IMG/VR virus record: IMGVR_UViG_3300022861_000081
Origin: an uncultured virus (IMG/VR IMGVR_UViG_3300022861_000081)
Taxonomy: Duplodnaviria; Heunggongvirae; Uroviricota; Caudoviricetes
Length of the DNA: 64,000 nt
Direction: 5' to 3' (one strand)
Shown: in pieces, positions 48,052-57,778 of the stretch
How positions within the stretch are numbered: the stretch's first letter is position 1
Layout of the letters: each line of letters starts with the position of its first letter
Position numbers and translations under genes: made by a program
Notes under the pieces: generated by a model
The model's database searches: none
What the model saw: only the letters and a program-made list of their open reading frames with translations
Told to the model about the DNA's origin: nothing

Positions 48052-48260
48052 TCCGTGTTTTCTGCTTGGCCCGAATACTTATCGAGCCAGGCGTTAAAGT
48101 GGACGGTCAATGTCTTAGCCTCATCGATCGTCAAGCTGTTGTCGCAAGAAAAGCTCGATCCGTCCTTACGCACCGCCAGCACCAGTAACTTGGCAATCTG
48201 CGTGTCTTCTTCGATCAGGCGAGCGGCAATGGCCGCAGGTGTTTCCGGAAAAGTTGTCAT
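48048..48260 (-). CDS. Hypothetical protein
   Basis: 70 aa, ATGA-coupled. Confidence 0.5.
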   Translation of the reverse strand: MTTFPETPAAIAARLIEEDTQIAKLLVLAVRKDGSSFSCDNSLTIDEAKTLTVHFNAWLDKYSGQAENTD

Positions 48261-49978
48261 CCCGCTTTCTCCTGTTTGTTGAATAACGGTGCATCACCTT
48301 CAATGCGCAAACGCGCAATTTCCGCATATGCTGGATTGACCTCAATGCCAATAAAATTGAACCCTTCGCGCAGTGCCGCAATGCCCGTCGACCCCGATCC
48401 CATAAACAGATCGAGCACCGTTCCTTGTGGCGGGGTTACTAACCGGCACAGATACGCCATCAAGGCAATAGGTTTCACCGTTGGATGTGTATTGCTACGC
48501 ATAGTTTTTCCGCGAAGATAAGGGTTATCAATCGGGACTTTACGGCCATCGTCCACAATCTTTTCTTCAGTACCCCACAATCCTTGGTTACGCTCTTCAC
48601 GGCTTGCTTTCGCACAGTAGTAGAAACGTGCGGCAGAACCTTGATCCAACCGGCGCGCTCCTGGCTTCATCGCAAAGTTGGTGCTGCCATTCTGTTCGTA
48701 GGTGCGATTTGCGCTCGGCTCCCCTTCACGCGTATCGGGATCTACCGACTTAAAGAACCGCGCCGCAGAACCGGTATCGCCTGCATAAGCTTTTTCTTCA
48801 TAGCTTTCAAATTTTCCGTAGATTCCATCAGTCTTTGGCTGATTTCTATGCCCGCTAAAGTCTCCAGAAGATGTCTGCGGAAATGCAGCAATTACTTCAT
48901 CGCTTCCGTCGTGGATCACGTTGGCTGGCCAACGGCCAAAACCAACGTCACCAGTGCGATTGCTACCGTTTAACCCATTACCGAGAGCCACACTACGCGA
49001 CTCTGAGCGCGAAGAAAATAAAGGAACACCGTCTAACGCTTCCACACGGCACGCATCGATGTTCATCGCACCAGTGCCATATTCCAAAACATTTGCGGCC
49101 ACGGTACCGATCAGCGGCTTACGCGCAACAACTATTGGCTCGTGTGACGGTTTCAGCGCTGTGCCCCAACCTGCCCATTGCTTTGCTGCATCCGTGGCAG
49201 GCATCGTAATTGGTTGCGGCGGATAGTCGTAACTGACTCTGCGTGTCTCGCTGTACTGTTGCCCAGCTTTTCCACGGTGATAGGGAGCAGGTGCCACGAC
49301 TTCCCGTTCTTCCCCAGCCGCCTTATCGATTGCCTTGCTTACATCCAGCGATTTAGGAAAACCACTCCCATAAATCCACATGATCTGATCACGGATTTCA
49401 AAACCAGCATCTTCAATCGCGCAAGCCATCCGGTGATAAGTACGACTGCCGCCAAATGCCAGCAGATAGCCACCAGGTTTCAATACACGCAGCGCATCAA
49501 CTGCCCAGGAGAAATACCAATCCTGAAGTGCCTGCATCACATGCGCATCCGCACCATAGCTTGCGCCATTACCATTGCGAACCTTGCTACGGCCATACGG
49601 GCTATCAGGCGTCTGCATCGTGCCGTCGAATCCTTGTCGGTGATCTGTCTTCCACGGAGCATCCCAATCTTTTCCCATAAACTCCAAGCCATACGGGGGA
49701 TCAGTGACGATGGAATCCACCGACGCGTCTGCCAGCGTTTTCAGTTGCTCCGTTACGTCGCCTTCCAAGATTCGATACACGCTCGCTCCTCGCAGTTCTC
49801 TGTTTATGCCGCCGCTCGTTGCGCATGCTTCAACTTCAAATGGATTTTCTGCTGCTTTGAAATTCCCAACAGCAAGCGCCGCGATGCATCGTCGGCGCAT
49901 CTGTCGAGCTGGTCCAGAAGTGGTGGTAACTTCTCCGTCTGTTTGGCTGAAAGCCGAAACCGATTCGCGTATTTCCAC
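48257..49978 (-). CDS. DNA methyltransferase (N6-adenine/N4-cytosine, beta class)
   Basis: IVTDPPY, WIYGSGFPKS, HPTVKP, VLDLFMGSGSTG; start uncertain. Confidence 0.9.
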   Translation of the reverse strand: MEIRESVSAFSQTDGEVTTTSGPARQMRRRCIAALAVGNFKAAENPFEVEACATSGGINRELRGASVYRILEGDVTEQLKTLADASVDSIVTDPPYGLEFMGKDWDAPWKTDHRQGFDGTMQTPDSPYGRSKVRNGNGASYGADAHVMQALQDWYFSWAVDALRVLKPGGYLLAFGGSRTYHRMACAIEDAGFEIRDQIMWIYGSGFPKSLDVSKAIDKAAGEEREVVAPAPYHRGKAGQQYSETRRVSYDYPPQPITMPATDAAKQWAGWGTALKPSHEPIVVARKPLIGTVAANVLEYGTGAMNIDACRVEALDGVPLFSSRSESRSVALGNGLNGSNRTGDVGFGRWPANVIHDGSDEVIAAFPQTSSGDFSGHRNQPKTDGIYGKFESYEEKAYAGDTGSAARFFKSVDPDTREGEPSANRTYEQNGSTNFAMKPGARRLDQGSAARFYYCAKASREERNQGLWGTEEKIVDDGRKVPIDNPYLRGKTMRSNTHPTVKPIALMAYLCRLVTPPQGTVLDLFMGSGSTGIAALREGFNFIGIEVNPAYAEIARLRIEGDAPLFNKQEKAG

Positions 49979-49999
49979 TTGCGCATGTTCATGGCAACC

Positions 50000-50212
50000 T
50001 CAAGCCACTTTCCGTCTGCGCACCACCACAGACCGGTAAACAGCTTTCTTTGTTTTTTCCTCTGCATTCCAGCGCAGGACATCAAGCGCGCAAATCCGCT
50101 GCAACGCCCAAGTGCGATCCAGCAGATGCTCGTCGGCGGCTCTGGCCAATGCCCGCCGAAAAAGTACCAACTCAAACGGATTCATCGTCACGGTTACATC
50201 GGTTTTAGCCAT
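50000..50212 (-). CDS. Hypothetical protein
   Basis: 70 aa, coupled to the primase stop. Confidence 0.45.
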   Translation of the reverse strand: MAKTDVTVTMNPFELVLFRRALARAADEHLLDRTWALQRICALDVLRWNAEEKTKKAVYRSVVVRRRKVA

Positions 50213-51921
50213 TAGTCATACCTCTCAATGGATGCGTGAACATCGGGATCAAACGGAATTGGCCCTCTCTCCAGCGGCACCAAAGCCAGGTTTCCGCCAC
50301 CGTGTTGAATGGTGAAGGAGATCGGCTCACGAGACTCAGCCGCCTTGGTTTCAAACTCGGCACGACGGATCATCTTTTTCTCTCCCGCGTTTTCAATCGA
50401 GAAACCGATGGACCATTCCGTCCAGCCGTGAATCGAAGTTGCGCCGCGAATGCGCGTAAAGAAGCGTCCTGTACCTGCTTCCTTGCTCACGTGGTGAATC
50501 ACACCGATGGCGCAACCGGCTTGCTGGCCCATCTGGCCAATCTTTTTCACCACCTGCCCCATCTCCGTGTTGTTGTTCTCGTCGCGGTTGTGCAGCCGGT
50601 TCAGCACGTCGAAGACGGCAAACTCCACGCCACGCTCTTTCAGGTCGTCGGCCATGTGCTGTAGCTGATCGTCGTTGTCAACGTCGAAGTCGCCAAGCTG
50701 CTCGCGCGTGTTCATCCAAAGCCAGCCTGACGGGTCCTCGCCAGAGTCAAGGCCTTTCCCGCGCAACAATGCCTGCACACGCACCTTCGTCAGCATGGGA
50801 GAATCCTCGCGGCTGATGTAGGCTGTGCGGATGCGGCGGGGAATCTTGCACCCCAGCCATGGTTTGCCCGTGGCCAATGAAAGCAGCAGATCGAGAGAAG
50901 CCAAGGACTTTCCAGTTTTCGGTTCGGCCGCGATCATGCCGTTGCCGCCTACCTGGATTACGCCATCCACCAGCCACTCGATTTCCGCATCGGCGGTCAT
51001 GGACCACTCCACGGCGTCCACCAGCCAGTTCTCTCTCTTGGCATCCGCTCCCGTCCAGATCGGCGATTCCACAATTCGCTTCTCCAGCTCGGCCACGGTG
51101 TGTTCTTTCAGAAAGTCGCTGACGTCGCTTTTCTCCGGCATCTCCGGGAAGGAGATCACGCGCACGGCATAGGCAAAGGGAGCAACGGAAGCCGCAACCG
51201 TCTCTGCGTAGATCTGGCCAGGCTCGTCGTGGTCGGCGAAGATCATCACCTGCTTGCCGGTGAAATACGGCGCGTAAGAGTCCAGCCACTTCGGCGAATG
51301 CCCCTTCTGCCATGCGCCGTCGTAGGTCGTCGTCGTGGCAATTGAAAAGGCGTACTTGGCAAAGAGATTGGCTTCCAGCAGGTTGTCGGCATCTTTTTCG
51401 CCTTCGCAAACCATGGCGATGTTAGATTTCACCAGATGCGGCAGGTTGTAGAGCACGCGCCGCGTCCGTTCGCCTTCCTTGGCGTCGATGCCCGGCTTCC
51501 ATGCACCATCCACCAACCGGAAAACGCGGAAGGTCTTTTCGCCAATCTCTGGCTGGTAACGCCGCTTCTGGAACAGTGCCAATCCGTTCTCGTCGCGATA
51601 GTCGTAGATCGCCACGGGGGGCCCGAGCTGCATCTCACCCTCACGGCGCGCCACCGGCGCGGCTCCGGTAATTTCAGCCACGTTGGTTTCGGCTTGCTCC
51701 AGCGAGCAGTGAGAGAACCGCGCTTCGAACTGGAAGACGTTGCCCTTGGCGCCGCAGGCGTGGCAGTTGAAGCCGCCGTTGCCGTCCAGGAAGAGCGTGC
51801 AGGATGGATTCGCTTCGTCGTGGAAGGCGCAACGCACGGCAGCCTTCTCACGCGCCGGAATGTGCTGCCCTGGGTGGCGGTGTTCGAAGTAGTGCCGAAT
51901 TTGGTCGAAGCTCAGTTGCAT
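50212..51921 (-). CDS. Primase-helicase (Zn-binding, TOPRIM and RecA-like AAA domains)
   Basis: CAFHDE..CHACG, VCEGEKDAD, ADHDEPG, Walker A AEPKTGKS, IHHVSK. Confidence 0.9.
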   Translation of the reverse strand: MQLSFDQIRHYFEHRHPGQHIPAREKAAVRCAFHDEANPSCTLFLDGNGGFNCHACGAKGNVFQFEARFSHCSLEQAETNVAEITGAAPVARREGEMQLGPPVAIYDYRDENGLALFQKRRYQPEIGEKTFRVFRLVDGAWKPGIDAKEGERTRRVLYNLPHLVKSNIAMVCEGEKDADNLLEANLFAKYAFSIATTTTYDGAWQKGHSPKWLDSYAPYFTGKQVMIFADHDEPGQIYAETVAASVAPFAYAVRVISFPEMPEKSDVSDFLKEHTVAELEKRIVESPIWTGADAKRENWLVDAVEWSMTADAEIEWLVDGVIQVGGNGMIAAEPKTGKSLASLDLLLSLATGKPWLGCKIPRRIRTAYISREDSPMLTKVRVQALLRGKGLDSGEDPSGWLWMNTREQLGDFDVDNDDQLQHMADDLKERGVEFAVFDVLNRLHNRDENNNTEMGQVVKKIGQMGQQAGCAIGVIHHVSKEAGTGRFFTRIRGATSIHGWTEWSIGFSIENAGEKKMIRRAEFETKAAESREPISFTIQHGGGNLALVPLERGPIPFDPDVHASIERYD

Positions 51922-51990
51922 TGCGTTTTCCTCTCCAGTTCCCGTTGTGCCTTGTGAAGCCCCACGGCCAGGTCTTCGGCCGTGGGAGAG

Positions 51991-52878
51991 TTACGCCACG
52001 CTTAGCACTTCGTAGGCGCGCACACCCGGCTTCAATCCCCAACGCTTCGAAGTTCGCCACCGGCCTTCGCCATAAAACTTTTCAGGGCCACACGCCACCT
52101 TGCTGAGTTTGCCGGCCGTATCCAAGCGGCAGTATTCCTTCCAGGCCGCCACCATCCCGTCGCGAATGCCGTCCAAGTCGCCGGGATAGGTCTTGAGTTC
52201 CTGCTCGGCCTGTCTGGCAATCTGGTTTCGAGCCCATTCGGTTGTCATGCCGATGGCTTCAATCACAGCCGTTGCGATCATCTGCGCTTCGTCGCTCAAC
52301 GGCTCGTTCACCCGTTGCTGCATAGTTCGTTTTTTCCATCGGTCTCTCGGGGAAAGAGAATCGCCGGGGGCATCGGCGGATTCCAGAGTTTCTCCGGAAT
52401 CTGCCCCCCTGTTCCCTGTTCCCTGTTCCCTGTTCCCTGTTCCCTGATCAGGGCGGAGCGGCTCCGTAACTTCCCCGAGGCTCTCTGGATCTTTCACGAG
52501 TAACTCTGGAGACTCTCCGGAAACTTCCGGAGTTCCTTCCCATAAGATGAGTGAAACATTGAACTTACTTTTTGTAGGGTGACTAATCTTCTGATGGTTT
52601 TTGAAATGGATGACTTGTCCGTAGCGCTTACCGTTGTAGCTGCCGAAGCGTAAATAACCGATCGATGCAAGTTCTTTCAAATATTTCGAAATATTTTTAA
52701 AATCTTTGCGTAATGGGCACGTTCCGGCACGCACAAGCACCGGATTTGCGTTGAAGTAGCCCTCGTCATCGGCGTAGCAGAGCAGCGCTTCAGCAAGAAG
52801 ATGCGCTTGCGCCGACAAGGACGAGAGTCCTTCATTCGCGTTGAACTCCGGTTTGATACTGCGTATACGACCCATCAC
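51991..52878 (-). CDS. Phage replication initiator/replisome organiser
   Basis: GRIRSIKPEF, YADDEGYF, HFKNHQKI, followed by a low-complexity linker. Confidence 0.8.
   Translation of the reverse strand: MMGRIRSIKPEFNANEGLSSLSAQAHLLAEALLCYADDEGYFNANPVLVRAGTCPLRKDFKNISKYLKELASIGYLRFGSYNGKRYGQVIHFKNHQKISHPTKSKFNVSLILWEGTPEVSGESPELLVKDPESLGEVTEPLRPDQGTGNREQGTGNRGADSGETLESADAPGDSLSPRDRWKKRTMQQRVNEPLSDEAQMIATAVIEAIGMTTEWARNQIARQAEQELKTYPGDLDGIRDGMVAAWKEYCRLDTAGKLSKVACGPEKFYGEGRWRTSKRWGLKPGVRAYEVLSVA
52407..52446. repeat. Tandem 7-mer (CCCTGTT) x5.7 inside the initiator gene; candidate origin
   Basis: Direct inspection; flanked by several TCCGGA/TCTGGA motifs. Confidence 0.7.
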
Positions 52879-53972
52879 TTATCCTTGTTTCTTTGCGCTT
52901 TTTGCTTCGAGGTACGCTTCAATGAATGCTTGTGCCGCAGGGATGCAGATTGCATCGCCGTAGAGGCGAAGTCGTCCCACGCGGGCGGCACTCCCATGAG
53001 CCAGCGGGAATGAGCCGGATTCAACTGGCCGGAACTTTCCATCCCGGCATCCAATCCAGTCAGCATCTCGCCAGAAGCCGTTAAGCGGACTGGCCCCGCG
53101 AACTTCACTGCATGTTCCAAACTCGCTGTGTGTTTCTTGCCGTCCAGCGTCATTCCCGTTGCGTCCATCACTTCCGTCGACACCGAACGGCCTCCATTCG
53201 GGGTACAGGGAGTCGGCCATGCCGCCAAGTATGCTTGTGATGGCACCCGATCCAAGCGCGTTCTCTTCGAACCGTCTGGGTTGATTCCCGTCTGTGCCAT
53301 TCCCGGCGTGTCCTTCCAATCTCGTGCGGATGGGCTCGCCCAAGCTGACAGAAACACTTGGTCCTCCAGACGGCTCTTCTTGTCCTCCGCTCGGTCTGGA
53401 TTCCCCGTGCTGTGTCCCGTTTCTGTCGAACGTGGAGTTGCCCAAGTCGCCAGATTCGCTTGGCTGTGCAGTGTGTCCGGCTTGCCCCGATGCGCTCCCG
53501 CACATTCCGAGTCCTCTGCCTTCGGCGTCGACCATGACGAAAGAGTCGCCGCGTTGCTCAGGTCGTGCGGGAAATAGTGGTTGTCCGCTGCCGTGTTGCC
53601 CCGCAGCTTGTCGTCGTGCGTCTGCGGTGTTGGCCAGTGCGTAATTTGCGCTGCTTCCGACAAGTTGACCTGGTGCCCCTGTTCTCGTCGCAACGCCGCT
53701 TTCTCCGGGTCCGCATACTCGCCGCCTCTCCGGCACGCATCCGGACTGGGCCAGGAAGTAAAGTCGTTCTTTTTCCGGTTTGGCAATGCTCGGAGTGACA
53801 TGATCGAGTTCCCGTTTGGTGTTTCTCGCGTTTTCCATACGTGTCCAAACAATCCAGATTGCAATGTTGAAGTGGTTTTACGAAGCCGCTGAAAAATCTG
53901 TTCTTGGAGTTGCTGCTCCCTGCCGCTTTCAGGTGCCAAAAGGGACATTTGCATCATGCCGCACCTCGGCAC
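52875..53972 (-). CDS. C5-cytosine methyltransferase beta-like polypeptide (W-x-T/S-P repeats, motif IX-like end)
   Basis: Six WP(S/T)P-like repeats and LNPAHSRWLMGVPPAW. Confidence 0.7.
   Translation of the reverse strand: MPRCGMMQMSLLAPESGREQQLQEQIFQRLRKTTSTLQSGLFGHVWKTRETPNGNSIMSLRALPNRKKNDFTSWPSPDACRRGGEYADPEKAALRREQGHQVNLSEAAQITHWPTPQTHDDKLRGNTAADNHYFPHDLSNAATLSSWSTPKAEDSECAGAHRGKPDTLHSQANLATWATPRSTETGHSTGNPDRAEDKKSRLEDQVFLSAWASPSARDWKDTPGMAQTGINPDGSKRTRLDRVPSQAYLAAWPTPCTPNGGRSVSTEVMDATGMTLDGKKHTASLEHAVKFAGPVRLTASGEMLTGLDAGMESSGQLNPAHSRWLMGVPPAWDDFASTAMQSASLRHKHSLKRTSKQKAQRNKDK
52879..53838 (-). CDS. C5-cytosine methyltransferase C-terminal (motif X-like) fragment in overlapping frame
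   Basis: Ends FWRDADW..RVGRLRLYGDAICIPAAQAFI. Confidence 0.6.
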   Translation of the reverse strand: MENARNTKRELDHVTPSIAKPEKERLYFLAQSGCVPERRRVCGPGESGVATRTGAPGQLVGSSANYALANTADARRQAAGQHGSGQPLFPARPEQRGDSFVMVDAEGRGLGMCGSASGQAGHTAQPSESGDLGNSTFDRNGTQHGESRPSGGQEEPSGGPSVSVSLGEPIRTRLEGHAGNGTDGNQPRRFEENALGSGAITSILGGMADSLYPEWRPFGVDGSDGRNGNDAGRQETHSEFGTCSEVRGASPLNGFWRDADWIGCRDGKFRPVESGSFPLAHGSAARVGRLRLYGDAICIPAAQAFIEAYLEAKSAKKQG

Positions 53973-54493
53973 ATTCTCCTTGCAAATTCCAAATTTTTCA
54001 GCGACTCCACAGGCCGCTTAGCCCATGAAGTCTTACCGCCAAGTGCTGCGATCTCCCGGCGGTCCATCTTGGGCAACTCGACAACGCGCCGTATTGGTTC
54101 ATGGTGCAGATGCCATTCTCTGTGGCACGGGTCGCAAAGCCAGCGCACTTCAAGCGGCTTGTTGTAGTCATCATGGTGCGCATGAATTGAACTGCGTCCG
54201 TGTTTCTGCTTGCTGTTGTCGCCGCACACTTCACACGGTTGCTGAATGAGTTTGCCGCGACAAATTGCCTTGGCCACAATCGCATGGACTCGCTTGTCGT
54301 ATGGATAACCACCCTTAAAAAAGTGGTTGTCCTCGCCCCAGCGTTGTTGCGAACGAAAGACCACATTGCGGCGTTTGAGTGCGGCATAAAGGCTATTACG
54401 TCGTTGGCCGTATGCCTTTGCGACTTCCGCGACAGAGAAGCCAGCGTTGTACATCGCAACGGCGTCTTCGAAATTCTTTCTTTTAGCTGGCAT
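53954..54493 (-). CDS. HNH-type endonuclease with N-terminal HTH
   Basis: AAGGAG RBS; PCEVCG..HAHHDDYNKPLEVRWLCDPCHREWH. Confidence 0.8.
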   Translation of the reverse strand: MPAKRKNFEDAVAMYNAGFSVAEVAKAYGQRRNSLYAALKRRNVVFRSQQRWGEDNHFFKGGYPYDKRVHAIVAKAICRGKLIQQPCEVCGDNSKQKHGRSSIHAHHDDYNKPLEVRWLCDPCHREWHLHHEPIRRVVELPKMDRREIAALGGKTSWAKRPVESLKNLEFARRMCRGAA

Positions 54494-54494
54494 A

Positions 54495-55013
54495 TCAATC
54501 GCTCCTTTCGCCAAAAAAATACAGTCTTTGTCTGATGTGAGGTGCTCCAAATCCACTAGCCGGGATATCCGCAGCAACCACCGAATAACCCGCGCTGTTC
54601 AAATCCGACTTCACCAAGTCGTACCAGCCAAGTGCCAACTTGCTCGAAACTTGTTCTCCAAAAACAATTACTGGCTTGCGTATTTGAATAAGCGGGAAAA
54701 GGGCAGGCCAAAGGTGCCGTGGGTCGTCGAATCCTTTTCCTTTGCCAGCCACAGAAAAAGAAGGGCAGGGGCAAGAAAACGTCCAGACGGGCCGGTCGTC
54801 GGGCCATCCAGCTTGACGCAGGGCGACGCTCCAGAATCCGCCACCTGCGAAGAAGTGGCATTGGGCATATCCCATAAGGTCGGCTGGTTCAACATCGACG
54901 ATGCTCCGTTCATCTACATCCCCCGGTGCAATTGCGCCTGCTTGGATGGCTTCCCGCAAGACTTCAGACTTGAAAGGATCGATCTCGTTGTAGTAAGCGC
55001 CGATCTGCATCAT
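54495..55013 (-). CDS. C5-cytosine methyltransferase catalytic N-terminal part
   Basis: YNEID, HFFAGGG, SCPCPSFS (catalytic PC), GEQV, APHIRQRLY. Confidence 0.85.
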   Translation of the reverse strand: MMQIGAYYNEIDPFKSEVLREAIQAGAIAPGDVDERSIVDVEPADLMGYAQCHFFAGGGFWSVALRQAGWPDDRPVWTFSCPCPSFSVAGKGKGFDDPRHLWPALFPLIQIRKPVIVFGEQVSSKLALGWYDLVKSDLNSAGYSVVAADIPASGFGAPHIRQRLYFFGERSD

Positions 55014-55116
55014 CTGTTCCTGCGCTCCTCAAAAAAATGCGCAAAGAATCCCCGACCGCTCAAGAAAGCAGAGTGGCAAAGTCGCATCGATTCAATGCAA
55101 TTTTTAGGTGTGGGAG

Positions 55117-55329
55117 TTACGCAGCTCTCTCGGCAGCACGCTCGGCCAGCCAGTGATCAATGTCGGCAGACAGCCAACCCATGGCACGCATGCTGAGCTT
55201 TACCGGAGCGGGGAAAGAACCCGACTTTTGGAGTGAATAGATCGTGCTAGCGCTCAGTCCGACCATCGCTACCACTTGCTTCTTACGCAGAATCGCTGGC
55301 GATCCTGGTACCTCGGTAGGTTTCTTCAT
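55117..55329 (-). CDS. AlpA-family regulator/excisionase
   Basis: ILRKKQVVAMVGLSASTIY..FPAPVKL..GWL..IDHWL. Confidence 0.9.
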   Translation of the reverse strand: MKKPTEVPGSPAILRKKQVVAMVGLSASTIYSLQKSGSFPAPVKLSMRAMGWLSADIDHWLAERAAERAA

Positions 55330-55511
55330 CTCAATATCCTCAAGCGAAACTACCGTGATTATTCGCGTTTTTTTTTGCTTTGCAAGCGGAATTTTTAAAA
55401 CTAATGCTATAAGTCGAGATAAGTCGAGAATGAGCTAAAACGTCGAGGTAAAAAGGCCGGCGCACGGGGTATTTTCCCCTCGCGGCCGGCTCGTTTTTTT
55501 AAATTTTGTTG

Positions 55512-56789
55512 TTAGGCGGCGGGAATTTCTCGCGTTGCTTTATTGCGGCACTCGTCCAAAAAATCTGCCCAGGCTTGCATCATTTGTCGACGCGGTTCAA
55601 GATATTGCGCATAGTTGTAAGCCTGTGAAACCGTATCGCCAGCTCCAGAAACATGGGAAAGTTGCGTTTCAATGTGAAGATGATTGAAACCTTTCTCGTG
55701 CAGATAGGTCGATGCAAGACCTCGCCATCCATGCCCTGTCATCGTCCGATGATAGCCAAGGCGTTTCAGCGTATGCAGCAGGATGTTGCTGCAGATCGTC
55801 TTTGATGCGTGGCCACCAATACTCGGAAACATATATTCTCCAGAACCAGAGAGTTCGTAGAGTCGCTTGAACGCATCAAGACTCTGCCGCGAAAGTGGAA
55901 CCAAGTGCGCTCTCTTTTCCTGTCTCCTGCCTTTCATCCGTTGCGGAGGAATAGCCCACAGCTTTTTTTCCCAATCGATTTCTTCCCAGCGTCCAGAAAG
56001 TAATTCTGTAGTACGCAAGAAGGTCAGACTCATCAGTTTCAGAGCAAGACACGTCACGGGATAGCCGGTGTTTTGATCCATCTTCTGAATTAGAGCAGGC
56101 AATTCAGAGAGCGAAATACGCGCAAAATGCCCTTTCACGGTTCTGGAAAGAATGTCCTCTGAACGGATACTCGTGGCGGGATTCAGACTGTTCCCGTCCA
56201 ATATTCCATTATTCTGCCCCCAGGTAAAAATCTGCCGAATCGTCTGCAAATTGCGTCGAGCACTATCATGTGAACCCCGATCATCTGTTGCTCTAATCGC
56301 ATCCACAATATCCAGGCGCTGGATGTCTTCCGGGCGCATTTTACCAAGTCGCGGAATCGTATCGCCTTCCAGCCGACGTTGAACTCTATCGATATACTTT
56401 TGGTTTTTGTCGTTTTTCCACCAAGCAAACCATTGCCGCGCCAGATTTTCAAAGTTCGGCTCGGTCGCTGTCTTTTTTTTCTTCGCAGCCAGCGCTTCTC
56501 GCAGCTCATGCTTGGCTTCCTGGCGCTCTGCCATAGGATCGGTGCCAGCGGCCAGCTTTGCCCGCGCCTCGGCGTGGAGGAGCCGTGCCTGGGCCAAAGA
56601 TACGTCAGGATATTTGCCAAAGGCCATTTGCTTCTGCTTGCCTTCACAGCGGTACTTCCAGCGCCACAGCTTTCCACCAGTCGGTGCGATGAGCAAATGA
56701 AGACCGCCGTGGTCAAAAATCTTGTAGGGCTTGGGCTTAACCGCTGCCTTTTCACACTGCAAGTTTGAAAGTTCACCCACTATTTTCAT
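55512..56789 (-). CDS. int: Tyrosine integrase, P4-like
   Basis: Arm-binding N-terminus (DHGGLHL..WRWKY..GKYPDVSL); catalytic R (LRTTE), HGWR, LSH and AYN. Confidence 0.93.
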   Translation of the reverse strand: MKIVGELSNLQCEKAAVKPKPYKIFDHGGLHLLIAPTGGKLWRWKYRCEGKQKQMAFGKYPDVSLAQARLLHAEARAKLAAGTDPMAERQEAKHELREALAAKKKKTATEPNFENLARQWFAWWKNDKNQKYIDRVQRRLEGDTIPRLGKMRPEDIQRLDIVDAIRATDDRGSHDSARRNLQTIRQIFTWGQNNGILDGNSLNPATSIRSEDILSRTVKGHFARISLSELPALIQKMDQNTGYPVTCLALKLMSLTFLRTTELLSGRWEEIDWEKKLWAIPPQRMKGRRQEKRAHLVPLSRQSLDAFKRLYELSGSGEYMFPSIGGHASKTICSNILLHTLKRLGYHRTMTGHGWRGLASTYLHEKGFNHLHIETQLSHVSGAGDTVSQAYNYAQYLEPRRQMMQAWADFLDECRNKATREIPAA

Positions 56790-56819
56790 GATTTCTACCT
56801 GTTCCTTCTCCCCGATGGC

Positions 56820-57112
56820 GTATTGGGGGCACACCGCATGAGTCAAAGTGTACCAAAAAATGCCCCCAGAAAAGCGCCGTTTACAGATGATCGTCCCCAA
56901 CTCTCCTAAACGCTAATGATTCAAAAAGTCGATAGGCAAAAAGGAGAAATCCTTTGTTCTAAATGGGTTAGAAGGGTAAAAACAGGGGAGAAACGTCGAG
57001 ATAAGTTTAGATTATATATGTGGAGTTGTGTCCTACCACGGAATACTTAGAACGAACAAAACAAAGGACTTATTCCTTGCTTTTTAAGAAGTGCCCCCAA
57101 AAATGTCCCAGC
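56820..57112. other. Putative attP region
   Basis: Non-coding, AT-rich; TGCCCCCA-like arm repeats at 56824 (inverted), 56861, 57092 and 57104; GTCGAGATAAGT shared with the alpA upstream region. Confidence 0.55.
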
Positions 57113-57172
57113 ATCGGATTTTCTTTCAAAAAGTATGTCGGCGATCACTGAGAGCGATCGCCGACATACTTT

Positions 57173-57433
57173 TCAGAGGCATGCCCTGTTCTCTAGCGTA
57201 AGTATAGTCATAGAGTGCGGACGTTGTTCTAGCGTCTGCAAAAATACTTTTAATTCGGAGGCGCGGTAACGGTATGTGCACTTGCCATTGGAACCAATCA
57301 CAAAAGCAATGCAAGGGATTTTGCCTTCATGCGCCCAGCGCTTAATCGTGTTCACGCTAAAGCCGAGATATTTGGCCGCTTCTTTGGCATCGATCAGAGG
57401 TTCAAGCGGTGGTTCTGCAGATGCGATACCCAT
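57173..57433 (-). CDS. Excisionase-like HTH (MerR/HTH_17) protein
   Basis: LIDAKEAAKYLGFSVNTIKRWAHEGKIP..YRYRASEL. Confidence 0.85.
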   Translation of the reverse strand: MGIASAEPPLEPLIDAKEAAKYLGFSVNTIKRWAHEGKIPCIAFVIGSNGKCTYRYRASELKVFLQTLEQRPHSMTILTLENRACL

Positions 57434-57778
57434 TTGCTGTACTCCTTCATGCTTCTACAAACTGTTCATTCTCAATCAATTTGCATTAACTATCCCTTTT
57501 TGAAACAGAATTCATCGGAAGTGTAGCATAAAGCAGCAAAAAATGTAAAATAACGTGAAAAAGATTTTTAGAGTGCAAAGAGGCACATAACAAAGGGCCA
57601 GCCACCGAGGAGAGACCAGCCCTTTGCAAAATAACCGCTTATGAAGAGCACCAGTTCAGAAGCGGCACCAGCACAGGCAAGAACTACCCGCCTGTTTGCA
57701 TTGAACTTCCGTTCCGATTTTCTGTCAAGACTGTTTTTTGGCAGTCCGGAATCCGGACTGCCCCCACCGCGCACAGGA

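Noticed and set aside
53954..54493. Group I intron around the HNH gene in the cytosine methyltransferase
   Set aside because: The flanking ORFs abut or overlap the HNH gene, leaving no evident room for an intron core. Not excluded without RT-PCR.
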